34,726 bases of DNA from Candidatus Daviesbacteria bacterium (lineage in GTDB: Bacteria; Patescibacteriota; Microgenomatia; Daviesbacterales; UBA10151): NCBI GenBank assembly GCA_016187035.1, contig JACPKL010000001.1, forward strand, positions 144,607 to 179,332, in the 5' to 3' direction. The position numbers were made by a program, and so were the translations under genes. Below are positions 8,801 through 34,726 of the stretch, in pieces (positions within the stretch are counted from its first letter, which is position 1; every line of letters starts with the position of its first letter). The notes under the pieces were generated by a model that was given only the letters and a program-made list of their open reading frames with translations, did no database searches and was not told the DNA's origin.

Positions 8801-10334
8801 TAATATCTGAGTAAGAATTCATTCCTTGTTTAGCTAAATAAGCTAATATTTGTGATTTGGCTAGTCTAATCATTGATTTAATAGTCCCAAGCGGTATCTG
8901 AGTGAGTTGAGCTATCTCACGATAACTTAATCCTGCTAATCTATATTCAGCAACAAGTTTTTGGTCTGGATTAGGAATTTGATTAATTGCCTGATGGGCA
9001 AATTGTTGTACTGTTGATTTGGAAAAAGCCCCTTCTGGCTGTCTGTCTCTGTAAATATCCGGATCTACCAGAAAATCTTCTCTGGCAGGCTGACCAGGAT
9101 CGTCTGCAAATCTTTCTTCCAAGTAACATCCCAGGCGACGATGATGACGGGTTTCCTGTCGAATTAAATCGACTGCCGTACAACGCGTAATGACCATAGC
9201 CCATGACTTAAAAGTACCTTCCTCCTCAGGATGATATGTGTCCAGTCTCTGCCAGATTTTCACAGCAGCCTCAGCTGTGACCTCCTCAACTAAATCAGGG
9301 TTGTTTCTAGTAAAAGTTCTGCTCCAGCCTCTGAGAATAGGGTAAATCTCTCTAAAAAGCACTTCCATAGCTTCTTCCTGATCACTCCTCCGGGCTGTCA
9401 GCACTAATTTATTATAAAGTTCATTCTGTTGTTTTGGAGAAAGCGGGACATGTTCAGTTACAGCCTCAGCTAAGAGCGGCAGATGGTGTGGTCTTTGAGT
9501 TTTTGATCTTCTGCCAGCGACCCTTCTTTTTAAAGGGGGAGCTTGTTCTGCAGCTACCTTAGTTTGCTGAAGCGCTTCAGTAACCCTGGCATAGATGTAA
9601 TCAATGAGCGGCTGATAAGCCTCACTGGCCGGCAGCAACGAAGCTGGATTTTGTAGTTTCTTATCCTGACTGAGGATATATTCAACATACTTGACAACTT
9701 TTTGGATATAGCGTGTTACTGTATAAGGCGGGAGATCCAAATTCCGGGCAATAGCTGTCTGGGTATCCGGGGGATTTCTAACAAAGAATCTCTCAGTCAT
9801 ATCTTTAACAGGTTCAGGTATTTGATCCCACAAGTTTGGGTAATGTTGTACAAAAGTGCGTACTCGTTGGGCTTCCTGCTGATAAATACCATGGTTGGCT
9901 AATGTGGTTGTCTGGTAGTGCCCACTTGGGTAATCCTCCAAACCTAGTAAAGCATTTAAGCCAAAACGAAGAGCCCTAACTAAAGTTAGTGGATTTAGAT
10001 CCTGATATTGAGGTAACTTTCCAACTTGGGTTAATGTATCTGGCCAGTTGCCGCTGAATTGATCTAAGCTAGCAGCTAGCAAACCTCTATGAAAAGGACG
10101 AAGGGTATAAGGTCCGGTTATCTCCAACAAAGGCTTAACTAATTGGCTGTTTTGTTCGCATACTAACCGGGCTGTTTGCTTGACAGTGTCTTTAGGCCAG
10201 TTATCAAATACAGCTGGAGGAGGTTTTCTTGGCAGCAGGCCAGCTTCAAAAGGAGTGTTAGGTTTGGAGATTCCAAGAGCACGCCAATGGCGGGTATAAT
10301 CATGATAAGTTGGTAAAACTGCTTCAATTGGCAT
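8793..10334 (-). CDS. ECF-like sigma-70 factor (regions 2 and 4) with ~300-aa N-terminal extension
   Basis: VKIWQRLDTYHPEEEGTFKSWAMVITRCTAVDLIR; AGLSYREIAQLTQIPLGTIKSMIRLAK. Confidence 0.8.
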   Translation of the reverse strand: MPIEAVLPTYHDYTRHWRALGISKPNTPFEAGLLPRKPPPAVFDNWPKDTVKQTARLVCEQNSQLVKPLLEITGPYTLRPFHRGLLAASLDQFSGNWPDTLTQVGKLPQYQDLNPLTLVRALRFGLNALLGLEDYPSGHYQTTTLANHGIYQQEAQRVRTFVQHYPNLWDQIPEPVKDMTERFFVRNPPDTQTAIARNLDLPPYTVTRYIQKVVKYVEYILSQDKKLQNPASLLPASEAYQPLIDYIYARVTEALQQTKVAAEQAPPLKRRVAGRRSKTQRPHHLPLLAEAVTEHVPLSPKQQNELYNKLVLTARRSDQEEAMEVLFREIYPILRGWSRTFTRNNPDLVEEVTAEAAVKIWQRLDTYHPEEEGTFKSWAMVITRCTAVDLIRQETRHHRRLGCYLEERFADDPGQPAREDFLVDPDIYRDRQPEGAFSKSTVQQFAHQAINQIPNPDQKLVAEYRLAGLSYREIAQLTQIPLGTIKSMIRLAKSQILAYLAKQGMNSYSDIIA

Positions 10335-10347
10335 AATTGGTTTGTTA

Positions 10348-11508
10348 TTATAGCAGAGATAGGTTGGGATCTGCTTGTAAGCTTAAAGGATTAGAAATTG
10401 GTTTGGTAAAAAAGCCGGCTGCTGCAATCATGGCTCCATTGTCTGTACATAGGTAGGGTGGAGGTACGTGCAATTTAATTCTTAAATCTTTAATCTTTAA
10501 TCTTAAATCTCTTACTAATTTTTGGTTCGCAGCTACTCCGCCTGCAACCATTATTTGTTCAACTTTATACTTTTTAATTGCCAAGATAACCTTTTCAATT
10601 AAAGAAATTATGATAGTCTCTTCAATTGCAGCTGCCAAATCTGCTTTTTCATTTTGATTTTTGATTTTTGATTTTTGAATTATATTTGCTACTGCTGTTT
10701 TTAATCCTGAATAGGAAAAATCCAAGTCTTTTGATCCTCTCATAGGAATGGGCAGATTAAATTTGCTTGAATCTCCTTTCTCAGCTAATTTAGACAGGTA
10801 TGGCCCTCCTGGATATGGTAATCCCAGTAACCTGGCACACTTGTCAAAACATTCCCCGCAAGCATCATCCCTGGTGCCACCCAGGTATTTATATTTGCCA
10901 TGGTTAGAAAACAAAACTAGATCAGTGTGCCCACCTGAAACAAGCAAGCCTAAGCAGGGGAAGGAAGGTACTTCAAAATTGTCATTGCGAGGAGTCCTGA
11001 GCTTGTCGAAGGAGGACGAAGCAATCTTCCAACTTGAGAAGGAAGATTCCTCGCTGATCACTCGGAATGACGAAGGGACAATCCAGTTAGCATAAAAATG
11101 GCCCAGTAAATGATTTACTGGTATTAATGGTTTATCCCAAATTCTGGCTAAAGTTTTAGCTGTTTCCACTCCTACCAAAAGAGATCCAATTAAGCCTGGA
11201 CCAAAGGTAACAGCTATAGCATCTATCCCAATCTCGTCATTGCGAGGTCTGCCAAAGGCGGCCCGTGGCAATCTTTTTTTGGGAAAGGCTTGATTTAAAG
11301 CCTCTTCTATAACAGGGATAATAGTTTTTAATTGTTCCCTGGCTGCTTGTTCTGGAATTACCCCACCATATTTAGCTTGTAATTTGGCTGACGAAGCCAC
11401 CACATTGGACAATATTATTATCCGTTTTTGTTTATCCTGAGCTTTGTCGAAGGACAATACAGCAGCAGCTGTTTCATCGCAGCTAGTCTCAATGCCAAGT
11501 ATGATCAT
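10348..11508 (-). CDS. tsaD: tRNA N6-threonylcarbamoyltransferase TsaD with in-frame repeat insertions
   Basis: ILGIETSCDET, GPGLIGSLLVG, NHLLGH, LVSGGHT, TRDDACGECFDK, FSYSGLKT, CTDNGAMIA. Confidence 0.96.
   Translation of the reverse strand: MIILGIETSCDETAAAVLSFDKAQDKQKRIIILSNVVASSAKLQAKYGGVIPEQAAREQLKTIIPVIEEALNQAFPKKRLPRAAFGRPRNDEIGIDAIAVTFGPGLIGSLLVGVETAKTLARIWDKPLIPVNHLLGHFYANWIVPSSFRVISEESSFSSWKIASSSFDKLRTPRNDNFEVPSFPCLGLLVSGGHTDLVLFSNHGKYKYLGGTRDDACGECFDKCARLLGLPYPGGPYLSKLAEKGDSSKFNLPIPMRGSKDLDFSYSGLKTAVANIIQKSKIKNQNEKADLAAAIEETIIISLIEKVILAIKKYKVEQIMVAGGVAANQKLVRDLRLKIKDLRIKLHVPPPYLCTDNGAMIAAAGFFTKPISNPLSLQADPNLSLL
10981..11071. repeat. REP-like palindromic element pair (GTCATTGCGAGG...GCAATC / GATTCC...GGAATGAC) in frame within tsaD
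   Basis: Related units at 11236-11274, 11435-11454, 27932-28012 and 30063-30105. Confidence 0.75.
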
Positions 11509-11608
11509 AACGGTATTTTATCATACCTCAACGAAGACCACAGCGGTTTGTTCTTAATCCAAAAACCTTGCATTTTTTAAGAAAAACTGTATAGTAATGG
11601 TGTAAACT

Positions 11609-11968
11609 ATGGCTGTAGAAACAAGTGTGATAGATGCAAGTATGTTTAGGGTTGGTGGACAGGAAACGGTTACACAAGTCGGTAGGCTGGTTTTGGATGG
11701 AAGATCTGCAATAGAAAGATATAGTGCTAAGGCAGCCTCACTTATTCCTTTAGCATATGATGCATTACCAGCTGTACTTGCTGCAGCTCGAACTCTTCCT
11801 AATCTGCTGTCAGGTCCTGAAATAGAGTTTTGCGATAGACCTCCGTGTCTTACCTTCAAGTTTTATATAGGTGGATATAACCCTGAACTTGATCTTGGTC
11901 AAAGACATCTTGGGCAAACAGGAGTTGAAACGATAGTTCGGTACAGTGTTTTTCCAGTTGGCCGCTAA
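11609..11968 (+). CDS. Hypothetical protein
   Basis: 119-aa ORF divergent from tsaD, preceded by promoter-like TTGCAT..TATAGT. Confidence 0.55.
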   Translation: MAVETSVIDASMFRVGGQETVTQVGRLVLDGRSAIERYSAKAASLIPLAYDALPAVLAAARTLPNLLSGPEIEFCDRPPCLTFKFYIGGYNPELDLGQRHLGQTGVETIVRYSVFPVGR

Positions 11969-12326
11969 ACACTCAGCTTTCCCACTCGTCAAGTGGGAGC
12001 CTCAATTACCAGATGCCATACCCATACAGCTTGCAACAGCAATTATTGCCCGCCAACACCCAAGTTTTTGACCCAGCCATGGATCATCTTCCCACACCAA
12101 CACCACACCAATACCGCTTGTTCAAAGAAGAGAAGATCTTTCTCTACTGTCGATTCGATTACGCTGCAACCTTCGAGGTTGCAGGCTAAACTAGCTTCTA
12201 ACAGAACAGTTCTCGGCAAAAAGACCGGCAAGTTAAAAATGCTTTAAGCAATTGTCTTTCCAATCGCTTGCAGCCAGAAGAGTGCTTGATTTTATCAGTT
12301 TAGCAGGGTATTGTTAATGATAGTAT

Positions 12327-13067
12327 ATGATTTTTACTGCCCTGTTAATTGCCAGCTTGGGAGTGGCCCAAAGCCTGCCCATTTTGGATACTAATGTCAA
12401 AGATGGTTATATTATCTCTGCCTCTCAAACAGGCTATGTCTTAAGCAAAGCCCCTTATGATCCAGGAATAGTGGGAGTAGTGACAGATAATCCGGCCATG
12501 CTAATCAGGGTCAAAAACAAAGAAGGAGTGCACCCTGTCTCTTCCTCTGGCATTGTCTCAGTTTATGTAAGCTCAGACGGGGGCCCCATTAAAAAAGATG
12601 ATCTGATCACCTCCTCTAAAAAAGCAGGAGTCGGTATGAAAGCCACAGAAACAGGTTTTGTCCTGGGTACTGCTTTGGAGGATTGCAGTTCAACCCCTGG
12701 TGTTGAGGGTGTTGGGGGAAGCTGTGGTAAAATCAAAGTGGCTTTAAATATGCGTTATGCTGTTTCTGCCAAATCAGCTGGTAAAATCGGAAAGAGTTTA
12801 AAAGATGCTTTTTCTCTCTCCACCATTGCTGCTTTGGAGCGGCCTTCTGATGTTTTCAAATATGTTTTTTCCGGTGGGCTGGTGCTGGTTAGCATTGCTC
12901 TAGGTGTCTTAATTTTTGGCCGTTCAGCCACACTTGGGGTTGAGGCTTTGGGCAGAAATCCCAGAGCTTCTTTTAAGATTACCATGGGGATTGTGATGAA
13001 TGTAGCTATTACTGTGGCTATTATTATTGGCTCTCTGGGAGTGACTTATTTTATACTATTATCATGA
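12327..13067 (+). CDS. Membrane protein: N-terminal beta domain fused to an ATP synthase subunit c-like hairpin
   Basis: C-terminal TM-GVEALGRNP-TM resembles the AtpE loop (EAIARNP); first gene of the ATPase cluster. Confidence 0.6.
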   Translation: MIFTALLIASLGVAQSLPILDTNVKDGYIISASQTGYVLSKAPYDPGIVGVVTDNPAMLIRVKNKEGVHPVSSSGIVSVYVSSDGGPIKKDDLITSSKKAGVGMKATETGFVLGTALEDCSSTPGVEGVGGSCGKIKVALNMRYAVSAKSAGKIGKSLKDAFSLSTIAALERPSDVFKYVFSGGLVLVSIALGVLIFGRSATLGVEALGRNPRASFKITMGIVMNVAITVAIIIGSLGVTYFILLS

Positions 13068-13474
13068 ATTTACCTGCTTTCTTAAAATTCAAGTCTCATC
13101 AAGTTAAACACCATCATCAGCCCATCAGTCACCAGCAATCAGCAGAAATTTTAGATAAGGCTTTAGCCCGCCAGAATAAGATTCTGGAGACTCTTACCTT
13201 GAAATCAGCCCAGGTTTTAGATGAGGGGATGAAGGATAGTATGGTCCAAATAAGGTTACATATCCAAAAACGGTTTGATGAGTACTTTTTAAAAATCCAG
13301 CAGGAATTAGACCAATATAGGGAGGAACGGCTGGCCCAGCTCGATGAGAATGCTCTAAAGTTAATGAGGATTGTTGTGAAAAAAGCCTTGCCTGATGTGG
13401 TTTTGTCTGAAGATCATACTCAAATCGTGCTGGAAGCTTTAGACAAAGCCAAAAAAGAAGGTTTTAATCTATGA
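13064..13474 (+). CDS. ATP synthase subunit b-like coiled-coil protein
   Basis: Helical and charged, C-terminus IVVKKALPDVVLSEDHTQIVLEAL, position in cluster; no clear TM anchor. Confidence 0.5.
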   Translation: MNLPAFLKFKSHQVKHHHQPISHQQSAEILDKALARQNKILETLTLKSAQVLDEGMKDSMVQIRLHIQKRFDEYFLKIQQELDQYREERLAQLDENALKLMRIVVKKALPDVVLSEDHTQIVLEALDKAKKEGFNL

Positions 13475-13692
13475 CATTAGAGCTCACCCTTGCTTATCAG
13501 CCCACCCACAACCAGACCAAACAAATACAAGATTGGTTTAAGGAGAACTTTGATAAAAAGGTGTCACTGGCAATTAGTGTTGACAAAAGTTTAATAGCAG
13601 GAGCAGTGATTGCTTATCAAGGCAGGATCTATGATTACTCTTATGCCAAGAGAGTAGAGGAAGTCTATGAATCTTTACAAGAATTATCTTGA
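13471..13692 (+). CDS. atpH: ATP synthase delta-like subunit (C-terminal domain only)
   Basis: VDKSLIAGAVIAYQGRIYDYSY matches the delta/OSCP C-terminal motif. Confidence 0.7.
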   Translation: MTLELTLAYQPTHNQTKQIQDWFKENFDKKVSLAISVDKSLIAGAVIAYQGRIYDYSYAKRVEEVYESLQELS

Positions 13693-14958
13693 TAAGACAA
13701 AAGAATACGGGGTAGTTGAGCAAATAGAATACCCAATTATCTACGCCTCTGGCCTGCCCGCGGTTAAACGTGAGGAGCTGGTTGTTTTTGAGGCAGGCCA
13801 ACTGGGTCAGGTGATGAATTTAAGCAAAAACTTAGTAGAGATTCTGCTGTTTAGTCCGCGTCTGGTTAAAATTGGCACCAAGGTGGCCAGAAGCAGTGAA
13901 GCGGTGGCTGTGGCTGTTGGTCAAAAAATACTAGGATCAGTCATCGACCCCTTAGGTTTGCCTTTGTGGCCAGCCCCGATCCCGGTTAAATCAGGGTCAA
14001 ATATGCCTATTTATGGTTTCCCTCCGCCTTTAATCAGCCGGGTCAAAATTAAACGCCCCCTTTTTTCAGGTACCACAGTGGTGGATATGCTTCTGCCTTT
14101 GGGTAAAGGCCAACGGCAGCTGATCGCGGGAGATAGAAAAGCGGGCAAAACCTCATTTCTGATGACTTTGGCTAAGCTTCAGGCCAAAGAGGGTAATGTA
14201 GTTATTTTTGCCTTAATTGGCAAGAAAAAAAGTGAGATCAAGGCAGTAAAAATGTTTTTAGAGAATGAAAAGATCAGCCAAAATTGTGTGATTGTGGCCA
14301 CCAGTTCTGACAACTCGCCAGGGCTGATTAGCCTGACGCCCTTTACTGCCATGACTGTGGCAGAAAGCTTTAAAAAGGATGGCTTAGACAGTGTAGTGAT
14401 TTTAGATGACCTGACCACCCATGCCCACTTTTACAGGGAGATTGCTTTAGTGGGCAAGCGTTTCCCCGGGCGTGAATCTTATCCAGGTGATATTTTTTAT
14501 ACCCATGCCAAATTACTTGAGCGGGCAGGTAATTTTAAGTATCAGGAGAGGGAAGTGGCCATCACTGCTTTGCCTGTTGTGGAAACCGTCGAAAATGACT
14601 TTACCTCTCTGGTGGTTTCAAACTTGATTGGTATTACAGACGGACATCTGCTTTTTGACAGCCGCATTAAAGATTTAGGCCGCAGTCCGGCCATTGATAT
14701 CTTTTTATCAGTCACCAGAGTTGGTAAACAAACCAAAGACCCCTCATCAAGAGAGCTGGGTTTTAAACTGATGGCTTTTCTAAGCCAGGTGGAAAAATTA
14801 CAAAATTTGGCTCAATTTGGGCCAGAGTTGCTTGAGAAAACCAAACAGGATCTTGAGAAAGCAGACAGGATATATAAATTATTTAACCAATCTTTATACC
14901 AGGTTATTCCTCAAGAAAAACAATTAAAAGAATTGCTTCAAATTTGGGGGAAACCTTG

Positions 14959-14959
<1 letters not shown>
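13667..14959 (+). CDS. atpA: F1 ATPase alpha subunit, divergent and short
   Basis: PLGKGQRQLIAGDRKAGKT, DDLTTHA, PGRESYPGDIFYTHAKLLERAG, ITDGHLL. Confidence 0.9.
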
Positions 14960-33562
<18,603 letters not shown>

Positions 33563-33682
33563 AGAAGTTAGGAAATTTCCCAACTTTCAGCCTCAAAAGT
33601 TGGCCCAAACCGGACACTGGAGAAATCGCCAGGATATCAAACCGAGTCTGACTCGGTCAAACGTCCCAGGTCAATCTGATCG

Positions 33683-33973
33683 CTAAAATGAAATTTGGAG
33701 CTTGGTGTTGAGGGCAGCAGCAATCCTTTTGAGTAAGTGCAGGGAGGGATTGGCATCCATACCTTCGATTCTGGCTATCTGAGCTTGAGATGTCCCTACT
33801 TTTTTAGCCAAGTCTCTCTGGGAGAGTTTCCTTTCAAGTCTGGCTTCAATCAGTTTGCATCCTAGTTGGTACTCAACTTCAGAATCCTCCCATTCTTTTC
33901 TGAAAGCTGGATTCTTTAGCCTCTTTTTCAAGTCTTCTTGAAATGTATAAACTTTGTAACCTCTATATTTCAT
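33683..33973 (-). CDS. Xre/HigA-type HTH antitoxin
   Basis: LIEARLERKLSQRDLAKKVGTSQAQIARIE...NPSLHLLKRIAAAL; downstream of a RelE-like gene. Confidence 0.85.
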   Translation of the reverse strand: MKYRGYKVYTFQEDLKKRLKNPAFRKEWEDSEVEYQLGCKLIEARLERKLSQRDLAKKVGTSQAQIARIEGMDANPSLHLLKRIAAALNTKLQISF

Positions 33974-34007
33974 GATAGTAAAATGATATCATCTACGATA
34001 TCAGAAG

Positions 34008-34358
34008 TCAACCCTTTGTTTTTCTGTTTATCCACTCATTTAGCCGATTAAGTGCTGTGTTAATTTCTTTATCTGGAGTAGATTGTGATTTCTTAATAAA
34101 ACCGTGAAGTAGCAGGATGGAATCGGAGATTAAAGTAGCATAGAAAATTCTTATATTGTCCCGTCCTAAGATTCTGATCTCCCACAAAGGGGTGCCGGTA
34201 AGCTTTTTGATGTGAGGTATTGCTGTAGTCAATCCATAAATTTCTATAAAGCTTATTACGCGAGATATTTTTCTTTGTTGTTGACCTGTGAGCGAATCAA
34301 GAAACTCATCTACGGGGCTTTTTTCCGCTATGTTTGTGTAGTAAATGACTTTAGTCAT
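34008..34358 (-). CDS. RelE/HigB-family (Gp49-like) toxin
   Basis: SPVDEFLDSL, PHIKKLTGTPLWEIRI, RIFY, LLHGFIKKSQSTP. Confidence 0.85.
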   Translation of the reverse strand: MTKVIYYTNIAEKSPVDEFLDSLTGQQQRKISRVISFIEIYGLTTAIPHIKKLTGTPLWEIRILGRDNIRIFYATLISDSILLLHGFIKKSQSTPDKEINTALNRLNEWINRKTKG

Positions 34359-34409
34359 TCTTTTATCATATCATGGAGCCCCAGAGTAGGACCAAATCTG
34401 ACAGCCGGG

Positions 34410-34726
34410 TCAATATCCCCGGTTCTTTTTTCTGACCTCATATAACTGCTCCGTAAGTCCGCCAGTTTTTGCAAACTTCTCGATACCGGCTTTTATTTGC
34501 CGGTCCAGAAGATAGGTTACTTGGTGGCAAAGGGTCAAGATAAAGTTGGCGGCATCCTGGGGAGAAGCCGGTAAAACCGGTTTCTCAATTAAGTTTCCTA
34601 AGCTGCTTAGATTACTTAAGTGACTTAACCTGAAGGCCGTTTGGCGGAAAGCGGTTATTTTGGGGTCGGTTTTGGGATAAATTTCTAAACTGTGTTGTCT
34701 TAGATAATCCTCGAAATCCATCAGAA
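34410..34726 (-). CDS. Four-helix-bundle protein with suffix domain, 3' part only
   Basis: DFEDYLRQH...ANFILTLCHQVTYLLDRQI...GGLTEQLYEVR; begins outside the window. Confidence 0.7.
   Translation of the reverse strand, partial: LMDFEDYLRQHSLEIYPKTDPKITAFRQTAFRLSHLSNLSSLGNLIEKPVLPASPQDAANFILTLCHQVTYLLDRQIKAGIEKFAKTGGLTEQLYEVRKKNRGY

Noticed and set aside
11969-12290. Short ORFs 11993-12247 (+) and 12043-12231 (-)
   Set aside because: No recognisable motif or convincing start; crossed by a palindromic repeat; possibly a gene remnant
33683-34358. HigBA-type pair as a novel system
   Set aside because: Ordinary, widespread type II toxin-antitoxin module

Overview
Bacterial chromosomal window, inferred to be Patescibacteria/CPR-like (short ValRS, divergent partial ATP synthase cluster, giant beta-repeat protein, many in-frame palindromic insertions). 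The left half holds housekeeping genes (rplY, valS, tsaD), two sigma-70-domain proteins, a broken IS481-like element around a nucleotidyltransferase, and two DUF3800-like RNase H-fold genes, each facing a convergent small RNA unit with its own promoter and terminator. A reduced F-type ATPase cluster (c-like fusion, b, delta, alpha, gamma, beta; no a or epsilon in the cluster) runs directly into a ~16.4 kb giant surface/fibre gene (MerR HTH, TM helix, GNVGIGT repeats, S74 chaperone) that carries seven inteins at one repeated site. None of the inteins shows a homing endonuclease. Five carry a nuclease-like domain (3 RNase H/DUF3800-like, 1 BECR/LPD3-like, 1 NYN) followed by an antisense-strand sigma70 promoter and a structured small RNA. 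The other two carry a 69-nt tRNA-like gene with alanine identity (G3:U70, A73) but an Asp (GUC) or Glu (CUC) anticodon, plus a small RNA whose 5' end is complementary to that anticodon arm and co-varies with it. My interpretation is intein-borne toxin/RNA-antitoxin cassettes, including a candidate mistranslating-tRNA toxin with an antisense antitoxin. The window ends with a HigBA-type pair and a four-helix-bundle gene fragment. All family calls are from motif recognition by eye, not database searches.
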